A stretch of 64,000 nt of DNA. Source: Candidatus Heimdallarchaeota archaeon (lineage in GTDB: Archaea; Asgardarchaeota; Heimdallarchaeia; Heimdallarchaeales; Heimdallarchaeaceae). Under the pieces are notes generated by a model. The model saw only the letters and a list, made by a program, of their open reading frames with translations. It searched no databases and was not told the origin of the DNA. Below, piece by piece: positions 25,111 through 36,053 of the stretch. Location: contig JAUVXV010000009.1 of NCBI GenBank assembly GCA_030603365.1, forward strand, positions 32,001-96,000, given 5' to 3'. The position numbers and the translations under genes were made by a program. Each line of letters starts with the position of its first letter. The stretch's first letter is position 1.

Positions 25111-27729
25111 ATGAAAAGAAGAATGTTATTGTCCATAATTTTTGGTTTACTATTAATTTTCATAACAAGTTCTGCTATTTCTCTCACAACAGCTGATGTA
25201 TCCTTAGAACTACTTGTTGTTGGAGATGAAATTGATGATCACTTCATGCAAAGACTGGAATTGGACCCTCAATTCATCATAACAAACGACACTGAAGTTG
25301 GAACTGACTTGAGCAGTTATGATTCAGTTTTACTTTATGATTATATACCAAATACAGCTGAAATTAGTCTTTTAACATCCTTTTCAGGTGGTATTGCAAT
25401 ATTTGTATATAAGAATCTTGCGACAAATGCTTCTGTGCTGGAATCATTAGGATTAGCTTCCACCAATACAGGAGTTATTTCAACTAGTGTCTCTTTACCA
25501 ATCCCTGCTAATGACTCGCTAGTTCATCCAATTCTTGATGATATACCTTGGAATTCAGTTCCTACAATAACCAATTATACAACGATACAACTTGAAGGTA
25601 CCATTTTAGTACAAACTTCCTCAGCTAGTGATGATCCTGATCTTGCTCTTATTAGTACAACTGATAACAATAGATTAATTGCTTTCAATATGATTCCTAA
25701 TTTTTCAGTAAATCCTGAATTAATTGAGTGGCCGTATTTCAATTATATGTTGTATCTGACCATCATGACAATTAATAGTGAAGATACTGTAACATATGGG
25801 AATTGGGATTATGCTCCTGTTCCCCATGCAACTGAAACTATTATTCTAGGAGTATCAGTTGTGCTGACTATAGGGGTAACTGTTGTAGGTTTTGTTTTCT
25901 TCAAGAAATATTCTAAGAAGAATCCAATCAAGCAACAAGATCTAAAAGAGATGAGCAAAGATGAAAAATCTGGAAAATGGGAACAAGTGGGGATGCATCG
26001 GCAATTAGGAGGATTCTTAGTTCAGTTATTTGCTGGATTACTGATTATTTTACCCAATGCTGTAATGTCTGCATTAGTTTTCCCCTTACTGATTTTGCCA
26101 AGTCCTCAAGCCGTAGGATTCTATGATTTTACAATTAAGTTCTTCGAAGCTCTTTGGTTATTCTTTGATTTTGGAACGTCTATAGTTCTAGTAAAATTCT
26201 TCAGTGAGCACAGAGTTAAAAGACCTGAGCATGCAATAAAGTATGTTCAGCTGTTTGTTTGGTTCCAAATGTTATCTGGAATTGCTCAATTATTCCTAAT
26301 ATCATTTCTCGGATCCATGATATTCCCACAAACTTTTCTCGCTCATATGTCGTGGTTATTTGTAACGCATGCATTCTTCCAATGGCCAGCTTTCTTCTTG
26401 GTATTTATGTACCTATTCCAAGCTATGAACAGAATAGATTTCTTTCAAATTCTCAACTTGCTTCTTTACGCAGTTTTCAATATAACGATACAATATCTAA
26501 TGATTATATTGTTCAGAGGTACACTTGGAAAGAATCCTATATTTGGAGATGGTTTAGCGGGGGCAATAGGTTATAGTGTAGGTTTTTACGTTATCCAAGT
26601 AGTCTCGTTCATAGTTGGTCTTTTGATGTTCAAAAGATTAGGATTTTCACTAAAAACGATTTTCCGGATTGATTTCACGTGGGCAGAAGTGAAAGAAGCT
26701 TTGAAATTTGGTACAAAGTGGATGATGGGTGCGATTTTACCACCTTTGGGTTGGTTTATTCAATTATTCCTCCTATCAAAATTCCTTCCCAACTATACTC
26801 AACAACAAGGATTTTTCTCAATAGCTTGGAATTTTGCTATGATAGTTATGCTAGTTGGACTATTTGCCAGTGGGTTCTTACCCGCAATATCGGAATCTTA
26901 TCATGCTAAGAAACCTGCTTTAACACGATACTATACGGTTAGCTCTCTCAAATGGAGTGCTTACTTTGATTGGTATCTAGTAGCAGCGCTAGCAGCTGTA
27001 GGATGGAGATTTATCGTAGGTGGAGCAGGTTCAGAATGGCAACCAGCTTCAGTTCTTATCATCTGGTTTTTGATCTTCCATTCAATCGGTTACTTCTCAT
27101 GGTTAGGTGATTGGATGTTTGCAGGATCAGATAGACCAGGTTGGGCTGCGATAAGCTGGGTTATTGAACAAGTGATTCGAACAGGATTATTAGCGGTTTT
27201 CATACCTCTACATTTGTTCTTCGAACAAACTTTTGGATCGCCAATGATAGCGATTATGTTTGCCTACTTCCCAGCTCTAATCATCAAAAACATCTTCATG
27301 TGGTGGCAAATTCGCAAGAATGAATATTTCAAATTCAAGTGGAAAGATCTGTACTGGCAAGGAATAATAGCTCCTCTCATATCAGCTGGAATTCTCTTTG
27401 GAATTCTTGAAGGATTGTTCCAACTGATTTGGCAAGGCGAAATAATAACTTCTGTTGTGATTTTGCTTATAGGTACGCTCTTAGGGCTCTATCTTTATTC
27501 ATTCATAGCAAGTTTCTTTGGTGCTTTCGATGAGAATACCTTGGGCGAACTCAAACAAGCAACTGAAATGGCTGGAGGGTTTAAGTTCATGGCTAAACCT
27601 CTTTATAAATTGACAGAATGGGGAGCTAAAATATCTCCATTCCATAATAAATTCAAGATATCAATTTTTGAAGAGGCAACTTTAGAAGCTCAACAACTTA
27701 CAGAAGAAAAAGCCCAACTAGTTATCTAA
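25111..27729 (+). CDS. MOP/MATE-like (oligosaccharide flippase-like) polytopic membrane protein with an N-terminal extracellular domain
   Basis: Signal peptide, ~215-aa acidic extracellular domain, TM plus basic linker, then about 14 TM helices with FDFGTS..LVKFFSE and FLPAISESY motifs typical of polysaccharide exporters. Confidence 0.7.
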   Translation: MKRRMLLSIIFGLLLIFITSSAISLTTADVSLELLVVGDEIDDHFMQRLELDPQFIITNDTEVGTDLSSYDSVLLYDYIPNTAEISLLTSFSGGIAIFVYKNLATNASVLESLGLASTNTGVISTSVSLPIPANDSLVHPILDDIPWNSVPTITNYTTIQLEGTILVQTSSASDDPDLALISTTDNNRLIAFNMIPNFSVNPELIEWPYFNYMLYLTIMTINSEDTVTYGNWDYAPVPHATETIILGVSVVLTIGVTVVGFVFFKKYSKKNPIKQQDLKEMSKDEKSGKWEQVGMHRQLGGFLVQLFAGLLIILPNAVMSALVFPLLILPSPQAVGFYDFTIKFFEALWLFFDFGTSIVLVKFFSEHRVKRPEHAIKYVQLFVWFQMLSGIAQLFLISFLGSMIFPQTFLAHMSWLFVTHAFFQWPAFFLVFMYLFQAMNRIDFFQILNLLLYAVFNITIQYLMIILFRGTLGKNPIFGDGLAGAIGYSVGFYVIQVVSFIVGLLMFKRLGFSLKTIFRIDFTWAEVKEALKFGTKWMMGAILPPLGWFIQLFLLSKFLPNYTQQQGFFSIAWNFAMIVMLVGLFASGFLPAISESYHAKKPALTRYYTVSSLKWSAYFDWYLVAALAAVGWRFIVGGAGSEWQPASVLIIWFLIFHSIGYFSWLGDWMFAGSDRPGWAAISWVIEQVIRTGLLAVFIPLHLFFEQTFGSPMIAIMFAYFPALIIKNIFMWWQIRKNEYFKFKWKDLYWQGIIAPLISAGILFGILEGLFQLIWQGEIITSVVILLIGTLLGLYLYSFIASFFGAFDENTLGELKQATEMAGGFKFMAKPLYKLTEWGAKISPFHNKFKISIFEEATLEAQQLTEEKAQLVI

Positions 27730-27748
27730 TCTTTTTCTTTTTTCTTTT

Positions 27749-28231
27749 TTATTTTCTTGTTTTTTTTGCAGCAATTATTGTTCTTATTATCCAACTCTCA
27801 ATATTCGAATCTCTCTCCAATTCATTACAATAATCCCAATGTTCACCAGCAATTAATCCCATCAAAGATATTTTTTTGAAAGCTCTAGGTTTCTTAGGAG
27901 TAGCAGTAAAAAGAAAGAGTAATCTAGCAGCTTTTTTCTTTAAGTCTTTTTTATCGAAATCTACCTCTAAAGGTATTTCTTCATCTTGAAGTGTTATAGC
28001 TACTTCAGTAGCTTCAATGTTTAATGTAGCAAATTTGGTTAAAGCTAATAAAGAGTAATTTCTAATCCAATCCATTCGGGATGAAGTAAAAGCATGAGTA
28101 TAAAGAGACGCTAAACAACCATTACGAATCAATTCGTGTAACGCTTCTCTTCTTGCATCGTCACCTGCTGAAGGAGTAGAAACAATCCTATCAAATGAAC
28201 TACAATCCATTGAAATAAAATTCCCACCCAA
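27749..28231 (-). CDS. Hypothetical helical protein
   Basis: 160-aa ORF filling the gap. No family recognised. Confidence 0.6.
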   Translation of the reverse strand: MGGNFISMDCSSFDRIVSTPSAGDDARREALHELIRNGCLASLYTHAFTSSRMDWIRNYSLLALTKFATLNIEATEVAITLQDEEIPLEVDFDKKDLKKKAARLLFLFTATPKKPRAFKKISLMGLIAGEHWDYCNELERDSNIESWIIRTIIAAKKTRK

Positions 28232-28295
28232 TTAAATAAACTTTGAGAAAAGGATGATTGAGAAAACTTTTAACTATCTTCTAGGTTCAACACTC

Positions 28296-28814
28296 ATGGA
28301 TTCCGTTACACATGGAAGTGTATCTGTTCTTATAGGTCTTATATTTGTTCAGTTCTATTATGTACCTATTTGGCTTCTTCTAATTGTGTTAGTTGTATTT
28401 GGAATCTTAGTTGATTATGATCATGTTTTCTACTATAAAAGAAAAAATCCTGAGATTAAGCTTTGGAATATCATTCAGTTAATAGAGATGTATTTCAAAT
28501 CTATTGATGAAAGAGATGAATTCATTTATCATACTTGGATCCATGAACCATTCGGAGTAATGGTTGTAGGAGGATTAAGTTTTCTGATATTTGGATTTAC
28601 CCCATACTGGTATCTAGCAATACTTTCAACAAGTGTATTTGCAGGACATTATTTGTTGGATTTAGTGTCTGGTAAAATGAAACCATTAGCTCCTTTCTCT
28701 AATAAAGTAGTGATTGATTTGAAGATTCTCCCTGCCAATTCTTTCATTATTATGTCAATAACTCTAGCAGCATTTATAACAGGTTTAATCATATATTTTG
28801 TGCTAGTTCTGTAG
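28296..28814 (+). CDS. Membrane-bound metal-dependent hydrolase (YdjM-like)
   Basis: MDSVTHG, LVDYDH, HTWIH, GHYLLD and PLAPFS motifs with TM segments. ATG at 28296 preferred. Confidence 0.75.
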   Translation: MDSVTHGSVSVLIGLIFVQFYYVPIWLLLIVLVVFGILVDYDHVFYYKRKNPEIKLWNIIQLIEMYFKSIDERDEFIYHTWIHEPFGVMVVGGLSFLIFGFTPYWYLAILSTSVFAGHYLLDLVSGKMKPLAPFSNKVVIDLKILPANSFIIMSITLAAFITGLIIYFVLVL

Positions 28815-28859
28815 CTTTTATCGATAAAGTTTTTGAATTTCAAAGTAATATGTACCTTA

Positions 28860-31256
28860 ATGTCTTCAGATTTGGTTGGTAAAGTACCTTTTTGGATGGC
28901 TAAATTTGCCATTAACAAAGTTATACGTAAAAAAATGATGCAGAATAACGAAGTAGTTCTGCCTAAAGATGATAGTAAATGGGAGAAACTAGGAGAAATA
29001 TCTAGTTTTAAAGCTAAGAAGTATAGTCTCGATTTAGGTCTAGAAAAAGGTGAACTTAGGATAACTTCATTGGAAAATGGAATTTTACAAATACAAGCAT
29101 CAAAAAAACTGGAAGAAATTCCTAAAACTAATGCTGTAGTTCTTAAAAGTAAAACAGTTCCTTCGTTCGTTGTTGAAAAGAACGATGACATAATCTCTGT
29201 TCGTCAAGAAGTAGGAAGTATTACTTTTGCCTCTATTGAAATTGATAAACAGAATTCGAAAATTACTTTCAAAGATGGTTTTGGTTTTGGAATATTTAAT
29301 GAAGAGTTTCCAAGCTTTCATGAAGATGGATGGTATAAAACCATTAAACATCCAGAAGTTTCCTGTGAGAACCATTATGGGTTTGGGGCAAAAGCTGGTC
29401 CTTTAGATAAGAAGGGGGAGACCATCTCTTTCTGGAATACAGACTCTTTTGCTTATGATACAGATGATTCAAAACTGTATCAATCTCAACCAATTCAAAT
29501 AATATTACGTCCTAATGGATTCTGCTATGCCTTAATTTATGATAATCCTATCAGAAGTCAAATTATCATAGGTGATGAACATGGCTGCTCCTCAGAATAC
29601 TATGTAGCGGGAGGAGGTATAAACTATTACTTAATTGTTGGACCAACAGTGAAAAAAGTCCTTACAAAAATACACAAACTGCTAGGTAAACCTCCTCTTC
29701 CTCCAATTTCCGCACTGGGACATCATCAAAGTCGTTGGTCTTATTATCCAGAATCAGAAGTTAGAGCATTAGCTGACGAGTTTCGAACAAGAAAAATCCC
29801 ATGTGATTATATTCATCTTGACATCGATTATATGGATGGATATAGGGTTTTCACTTGGGATAAAGAGAAATTCCCCAATCCAAAAAAACTTGCTAGCGAT
29901 TTATTTAAGCAAGGTTTTCGCTTGATGACGATGATTGATCCTGGAGTTAAGGTAGACCCCAACTACAAAATATGTAAAGAAGGAATCAAAGGAAAACACT
30001 TTTGTTTGAATCCTGATGGTTCTCTTTATACAGGACCTGTATGGCCTGGGGACTGCCATTTTCCTGATTTTACACAAGCACTAACAAGGGAATGGTTTGG
30101 TAGTCATTTCAAAGCTTTAACTAATGTTGGAATTAGAGGGTTTTGGATAGATATGAATGAACCTTCAGTTTTCAATGAAAAAGGAACAATTGATGATGAT
30201 GTTATTCACCCTGGTGCAGGAGAAGAAAAAACTCACAAAGAAATTCACAATCAATATGGTCACTTAATGGCTCAAGCAACATATGAGGGATTACAAAAAT
30301 TACTTCCTAATAGTCGTATTTACATCAATTCTCGGTCAGCTTATTTAGGAACACACAGATATGCAGGAACTTGGACTGGAGACAATAATGCAGAATGGAA
30401 TCATCTTCAAATTTCTATTCCAATGTTATTGAATATGGCTGTTTCAGGACAGCTGATGATTGGTCCTGATATAGGCGGTTTTGCAGGTAAACCCTCATCT
30501 GAGCTTCTGACTAGATGGTATCAAGCTGGTTGTCTTTATCCATATTTCAGAAATCATACAATAAACAAAAAATGCTCCCAAGAACCTTGGGTATTCGGAA
30601 AGAAAACAGAAGAGATAATTCGAAAAACGATACAACTTCGTTATTCCCTAATGGTATACATCTATAATGCAGTTCGTCAAACCTGCTTAACGGGAGTTCC
30701 TGCCTTCAGAGCTTTATGGATTGATTATCCAAACGATCCTGTCGTATATATGAAAGAATGGGCGGAAACAGAATATTTATTCGGTAATAATCTTCTTGTA
30801 GCACCAATTTTAAAGAGAGGAAGGCGCAAACGAGAAGTGTATCTCCCTTCAGGAAAATGGTATAGTTTTTGTGGTGAAATGGTTTTTGAAGGAGGTAAGG
30901 TACATGAGATTTCAGTGCCTTTAGAAATGACACCTATTTTTGTTAAGGAGGGGTCAATAATTCCATACATTAGTGAAAACATTCAGCATACTGGAGAGAT
31001 ACAGGCTACTGAAATATCACTTCGCATTTATCCTAAAGATTCTGAAGCGAAGGTAGCTATTTATCTGGATGACGGTGAAACCTTGAATTTTGAAAATGGA
31101 GATTATGAAATAGCACATGTTGAAGCAGAAAGAAGAGCACAGGATACATGGTACATTCACGTTATAAGAGAAGGTAAAAAGAAGAAATTCATTGAGATAG
31201 GAGAAATTTCTATATTTGGTGAAGAAAAATCTAATTATCTCCTGTTTGAGAAATAA
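28860..31256 (+). CDS. Glycoside hydrolase family 31 (alpha-glucosidase)
   Basis: HQSRWSY, LDIDYM, IDPGVK, WIDMNEP (nucleophile), WTGDN (acid/base), GPDIGGF, YFRNH, YLPSGKWY. Confidence 0.95.
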   Translation: MSSDLVGKVPFWMAKFAINKVIRKKMMQNNEVVLPKDDSKWEKLGEISSFKAKKYSLDLGLEKGELRITSLENGILQIQASKKLEEIPKTNAVVLKSKTVPSFVVEKNDDIISVRQEVGSITFASIEIDKQNSKITFKDGFGFGIFNEEFPSFHEDGWYKTIKHPEVSCENHYGFGAKAGPLDKKGETISFWNTDSFAYDTDDSKLYQSQPIQIILRPNGFCYALIYDNPIRSQIIIGDEHGCSSEYYVAGGGINYYLIVGPTVKKVLTKIHKLLGKPPLPPISALGHHQSRWSYYPESEVRALADEFRTRKIPCDYIHLDIDYMDGYRVFTWDKEKFPNPKKLASDLFKQGFRLMTMIDPGVKVDPNYKICKEGIKGKHFCLNPDGSLYTGPVWPGDCHFPDFTQALTREWFGSHFKALTNVGIRGFWIDMNEPSVFNEKGTIDDDVIHPGAGEEKTHKEIHNQYGHLMAQATYEGLQKLLPNSRIYINSRSAYLGTHRYAGTWTGDNNAEWNHLQISIPMLLNMAVSGQLMIGPDIGGFAGKPSSELLTRWYQAGCLYPYFRNHTINKKCSQEPWVFGKKTEEIIRKTIQLRYSLMVYIYNAVRQTCLTGVPAFRALWIDYPNDPVVYMKEWAETEYLFGNNLLVAPILKRGRRKREVYLPSGKWYSFCGEMVFEGGKVHEISVPLEMTPIFVKEGSIIPYISENIQHTGEIQATEISLRIYPKDSEAKVAIYLDDGETLNFENGDYEIAHVEAERRAQDTWYIHVIREGKKKKFIEIGEISIFGEEKSNYLLFEK

Positions 31257-31261
31257 AGATT

Positions 31262-31969
31262 TTAATCAAGAAATTGCCTAGCACTTCGCCAAGTAATTTT
31301 CTTGAAAGCTTCTCCATATTTTACGTAACCTATCCTACCAATCATCAGCATACCAGATATTTTGTATGCTCTAACTGGCCATTCACCATAAGCTTCTTCG
31401 TATACATCAAAGAATTCCATGATTCTATCTTGTTGATGTGTTACATCTACAAATACACAATTATCTAAAGCTGAATCTAATCCAATGTATGGAGTATAAA
31501 GACTAACGGGTTTTCTGTTTGGCTCAAAATTATCTTCTTCACTGTTGTATCTTGCATAGGAAATTGCATCAAGAGTTATATCATAGGTATAGCGGTGATC
31601 AGGATGTCCTGTACCAATGTTAGAAGATTTTCCCCATGTAATTATAATGTCAGGTTTAAGCTGTTTGAATATCTTAGCTAATTTCTTAGCATTCTCAACA
31701 GAAGGAAAGACCCCTGAATCAGGTAAATCTAATAATCTATATTGTGCACCAACGATTTTCTCTATTTTATTGACATGTCCTTGTCTCACAAGCATGATCT
31801 CTTCATGGGTGCCTTTAATTGAAGATGCATTTTCCCCATGTGTTAGAAGAATCACATATACTTTATCTCCTCTGTCACTGTGGTTCATTAAAGTCCCCAC
31901 AGCTCCTGCTTCATCATCAGGATGTGCAAAAACTGCAACAACATTTAATAGAGTGTGTTCTTTAGTCAT
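31262..31969 (-). CDS. PIG-L/LmbE family N-acetylglucosaminyl deacetylase
   Basis: VFAHPDDE, LTHGE, LDLPD, GHPDH, EAF. Confidence 0.92.
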   Translation of the reverse strand: MTKEHTLLNVVAVFAHPDDEAGAVGTLMNHSDRGDKVYVILLTHGENASSIKGTHEEIMLVRQGHVNKIEKIVGAQYRLLDLPDSGVFPSVENAKKLAKIFKQLKPDIIITWGKSSNIGTGHPDHRYTYDITLDAISYARYNSEEDNFEPNRKPVSLYTPYIGLDSALDNCVFVDVTHQQDRIMEFFDVYEEAYGEWPVRAYKISGMLMIGRIGYVKYGEAFKKITWRSARQFLD

Positions 31970-32028
31970 GCATTACATTATTATCATGTAATTAAAAAAA
32001 CAACTGTTTTACAAAAAAGAAAGATGGG

Positions 32029-33534
32029 TTAGTCTAGCCCATATAAGTAAGAATATTTCTCTTGCAAAAACTCAATCAGATATTTTGGACTGGGATACTC
32101 GCCTGTAACTATCTTAACTAATTCTGGAGGATCATAAAGGTTACCTCTCTTTTGAACATTCTCCGATATCCAATCTGTAAGAACATTAACTTCACCTTTT
32201 TCTAACCTTGTATCCCAATCTGGGATGTCTTGTATTAATTTTGCAAAGAATTGAGCACCATAAACATTTCCTAATGTGTATGTTGGGAAGTAACCAAATG
32301 AACCTCCACTCCAATGTATATCCTGTAGAACTCCATCACTAACGTTTTCCACATCTACACCTAGCATATCTTTCATTTTTGTGACCCATATTTCAGGAAG
32401 ATTATCCAAGTTAACTTTACCATCGAACATATCTCTTTCAAGTTCAAAACGAAGGATAATATGAAGATTATATGTAACTTCATCTGCTTCAACTCTAATT
32501 AGAGATGGCTCGACTTTGTTGATTGCGCGAATAAAGTCATCGTATTGAATATCTGCAAAAATGTCCCCTGTTAATTTCTTGAATCTATCAAGATAGAACC
32601 ACCAGAAAGATTTACTCCTACCAAGAATATTTTCATAAAACCTTGATTGAGATTCATGTATTCCCATCGAGCAATAGTTACCAACTGGTTGATAATGTAA
32701 TTCTTTATCCAAATTCTGATCATAACAACCATGACCACCCTCGTGCATTACTGCAAAAAGAGAACTTGTGAAATCATTGATGTTATACCTTGTTGTGATC
32801 CTGACATCATCATAGTCACCTGTAGTAAAAGGATGGGCTGCAACATCCAATCTTCCTCTTTCTAGGTCATAACTTAAAAGCTTCATAACATCGTTAGCCA
32901 ACTCTTTTTGGATTTCTAATGGCACTTCTCTAGTCATCAGTGAGTAATCTGGTTTGATTTCTGAACCCTGACACTTTTGTATTAGTTCAACAGTCGCTTC
33001 TTTGAGAGGATTGAATATCTCATTATATTTCTCACGATTCATTCCAGGTTCATATAAATCAAGAAGAACATCATATGATGGTAAATCAGGATTCAAATAA
33101 TTTGCATATTTTTGAGTCATTTCAAACATAATTTTCAAATGAGGTTTAAATGTTTCAAAATCATTGTTTGATCTTGCTTCTTTCCACTTTTCTGTAGATA
33201 TAACCGATGCTCTGGTGTATTCTGCTACGAAATCAGATGGTAGTTTGGTTTGCCGATCATACTCTCTTTGAATGAGGTAGATGTTTCTTTTTTCTATGTC
33301 TGAAAGCTTATCATAATCAGGATGTTCTTGAATCTCCTTGAGAAGTTTACCAATTTCTGAATCTGTTAGTTTTCCATGAGCAAGTTTTGCGATAAATGCT
33401 TGCTGTTCACTTCTTTGGATAACTCCTCCTTTGGGCATCATAACTTCAGTATCCCAACCTAGGAGCATTGCAATCTGTCCAATAACTTGTATTTCCTTAG
33501 TTTTTTCTAAGAGAATATCATATCTCTCTTTCAT
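32029..33534 (-). CDS. Carboxypeptidase, M32 (Taq) family
   Basis: LLGWD, HPF, DVRITTRY, HEGGH, HESQS, IRVEADE, QDIHW, GYFPTYTLG. Confidence 0.96.
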   Translation of the reverse strand: MKERYDILLEKTKEIQVIGQIAMLLGWDTEVMMPKGGVIQRSEQQAFIAKLAHGKLTDSEIGKLLKEIQEHPDYDKLSDIEKRNIYLIQREYDRQTKLPSDFVAEYTRASVISTEKWKEARSNNDFETFKPHLKIMFEMTQKYANYLNPDLPSYDVLLDLYEPGMNREKYNEIFNPLKEATVELIQKCQGSEIKPDYSLMTREVPLEIQKELANDVMKLLSYDLERGRLDVAAHPFTTGDYDDVRITTRYNINDFTSSLFAVMHEGGHGCYDQNLDKELHYQPVGNYCSMGIHESQSRFYENILGRSKSFWWFYLDRFKKLTGDIFADIQYDDFIRAINKVEPSLIRVEADEVTYNLHIILRFELERDMFDGKVNLDNLPEIWVTKMKDMLGVDVENVSDGVLQDIHWSGGSFGYFPTYTLGNVYGAQFFAKLIQDIPDWDTRLEKGEVNVLTDWISENVQKRGNLYDPPELVKIVTGEYPSPKYLIEFLQEKYSYLYGLD

Positions 33535-33658
33535 GATTATCAACAATAGTGTTTGTAATTCATCTCGAAAAAAGACTGATAAATATTTGGTAATAACATA
33601 AGTCGAATGGCATATTATTTTCTAAAACTATAAAAGTGCAGTTGTACATTAAACTATT

Positions 33659-35980
33659 ATGCAGATTTCTGGTAAGTTAAAAGGAACTTTAGTTCTATTT
33701 ATAATCATAGCAGCTTCACCTTTTCTGTTTGTACAAGGTCAAACTGTGAATGAACAAAGTATCTCACTCAATGCAGGTCCAAAAGATTGGACTGTTCTTA
33801 TTTATTTGTGTGGAGATAATAATCTAGAATACTTCGCATTCGAAGACCTTAATGAAATGGAAGCAGCTGGAGGAACAACTGCAGATGTAAACATCGTTGT
33901 TATGTTTGACAGATGCGAGTATGAGTACGAAACACCTGAATACCCCAATGACTGGTCTGAAACAAGATACTATACAATAGTAGGTGATAGCAATACCTAT
34001 TCTTTCACTTCTCCAATGAACGTTTCTTTGGGAGAAGTAAATATGGGTGACCCCCAAAGTTTAGATGATTTTATCGATTGGGGGTTAACAAACTATCCGT
34101 CTGACAAAACAGCTTTGATTCTTTGGGATCACGGTAATGGGTTAGATGGAGTATGTTGGGATGAAGATAATGGTGATGATAATTTACTCATTGATGAAAT
34201 CTCTACAGCTTTGGATGGTTATTATTTTGATTTCTTAGGTTTTGATGCATGTCATATGGGGCAATTTGAAGTAATGTATGAACTTCAGGAATATTGTGAG
34301 ATTTACACAGCGAGTATGTTAAATGAACCTGGTGCAGGTTGGGACTATTATAATACTCTCTCATCACTTATTGCTAATCCAAGTATGGATGCAAGTGAAC
34401 TAGCACAAAATGTATGTGAAGATTATGTCCAATATTATTCAGGATATGACGTTGATGTTACGCTAAGTGCTTATAATACATCCGCGTTTACAGATGTAGA
34501 TAATCTTGTAGATGATTTTGTTCTTTCGATGGATGCATATCTAGATGTAGATGTTGCAGATGTTTTTGAAGCAAGAATTAGTGCTTATAGCGACCTATTT
34601 CCAGATACAATGTGTGATATCGAGGAGTTTTTTGATAATATACAAACCATTCCAGACCCTAGCTTAAATGCAGCTGCGAGTGCATTGAGCACTAGATTAG
34701 ATGAACTTCTTGTAGTGTCAGAATCTAGTTTTACTTTAAATCCTTATGGTATGTGGATATTCATTCCTGCAGTTCCGTATCATTACTTCAATGACTTTTA
34801 TATATATGCGAATCAAAGCATTGTCAACAGTTATTATAACAACTATTATGACTTAGATTTTGTTATCAATACAGATTGGGATAATTTCTTATATAAATGG
34901 AAAGAAGAATTGGAAATATTCCTGCCAGAGGTATCAACTAGTACCCCAGTAACTGATACTTTACCTGTTGGAACTTATACTTATCTACATGCGAATCTAC
35001 CAGACCCAGGTGCAGGTAATGCGTATCTAGCAACCCTTACAATGGATTTCACAGCTGATTATGATCTCTATGCTTGGTCAGAAGAATATCATTTTGGACT
35101 TCCTAATGGATTTGAACTTATTGGTCAGAATCCAATTGACACACCTGAGTCTCTCCTCATGGTAATCAATGGTCCTGTGCATGTGTTTTTCCTAATTCAT
35201 GCGTTCGATGGGTTTGGTGATTATACACTACAATTAGAGTTAGTTGAATATAGTGATGATGCTTTTGAAGAGAATGATGATTTCTTGAGTGCAGCTCCTA
35301 TAGAAACAAATACGGTATATGACTTGGTTTCAAATGATGTGGATTTCTTCTCTGTTGAGCTTACTGCTTTTATCGAGGTGGAAATCTTTCTAAACTTCAA
35401 TTACGATGTTGTTGATTTAGATTTATACTTGTTTGCTGATGAGGATACTATGCTTGATTGGAGCGAAGAATATACTAACAATGAATACATAAATTATATT
35501 CCAAGCTATACAGGTACATACTATATTCAAGTGAATTACTATACAGGTGCAATAGGTGAAGATTACACTTTAGAAATTGCAGAATCTGAAGGTCCGGTTG
35601 TTACGTCTCTATCTCACACCCCCTATACACCAGAATCAGGAGAAACTATTACGGTTACCTGTAATATCTATTCCATTTATGATCTGGTTGAAGTAACTCT
35701 AACTTTGAGCTATGATAGTGGTGCATGGGTATACTTTACCATGACTATATCGGGTTCCTCTTACTCTGTTTCTTTCACCCCACCTGATGGTACAGAGATT
35801 GTTCAATATTATGTCTATGTAGAAGATAATCAAGGTAACTTCGATGAAAGTCAGGTGAAAAATATTGGTGTTGAGTCAGGTTCTACAGCATTTGTGACTT
35901 TTCCATGGTTCTTAATGCCTCTGTTACTACTTGGATTGACCATTGCCAATCGTTTACTTATTTCAAAGAAAAGAAAATAA
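33659..35980 (+). CDS. Secreted, membrane-anchored clostripain-like cysteine peptidase (C11) with PPC-like domains
   Basis: WTVLIYLCGDNNL, NMGDP, ILWDHGNG (catalytic His), GFDAC (catalytic Cys). DDAFEEND, DLDLYL and GTYYIQV mark the PPC-like domain. C-terminal TM plus KKRK. Confidence 0.9.
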   Translation: MQISGKLKGTLVLFIIIAASPFLFVQGQTVNEQSISLNAGPKDWTVLIYLCGDNNLEYFAFEDLNEMEAAGGTTADVNIVVMFDRCEYEYETPEYPNDWSETRYYTIVGDSNTYSFTSPMNVSLGEVNMGDPQSLDDFIDWGLTNYPSDKTALILWDHGNGLDGVCWDEDNGDDNLLIDEISTALDGYYFDFLGFDACHMGQFEVMYELQEYCEIYTASMLNEPGAGWDYYNTLSSLIANPSMDASELAQNVCEDYVQYYSGYDVDVTLSAYNTSAFTDVDNLVDDFVLSMDAYLDVDVADVFEARISAYSDLFPDTMCDIEEFFDNIQTIPDPSLNAAASALSTRLDELLVVSESSFTLNPYGMWIFIPAVPYHYFNDFYIYANQSIVNSYYNNYYDLDFVINTDWDNFLYKWKEELEIFLPEVSTSTPVTDTLPVGTYTYLHANLPDPGAGNAYLATLTMDFTADYDLYAWSEEYHFGLPNGFELIGQNPIDTPESLLMVINGPVHVFFLIHAFDGFGDYTLQLELVEYSDDAFEENDDFLSAAPIETNTVYDLVSNDVDFFSVELTAFIEVEIFLNFNYDVVDLDLYLFADEDTMLDWSEEYTNNEYINYIPSYTGTYYIQVNYYTGAIGEDYTLEIAESEGPVVTSLSHTPYTPESGETITVTCNIYSIYDLVEVTLTLSYDSGAWVYFTMTISGSSYSVSFTPPDGTEIVQYYVYVEDNQGNFDESQVKNIGVESGSTAFVTFPWFLMPLLLLGLTIANRLLISKKRK

Positions 35981-36002
35981 TCCTTTCTTTTTTTCTTTTT
36001 TC
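35981..36002 (+). terminator. Oligo-T terminator
   Basis: TCCTTTCTTTTTTCTTTTTT directly after the stop codon. Confidence 0.5.
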
Positions 36003-36053
36003 GCAGTTAAACAAAAATATATACTAGTGAAAAAGATTAGTTTTTAGATTGCA

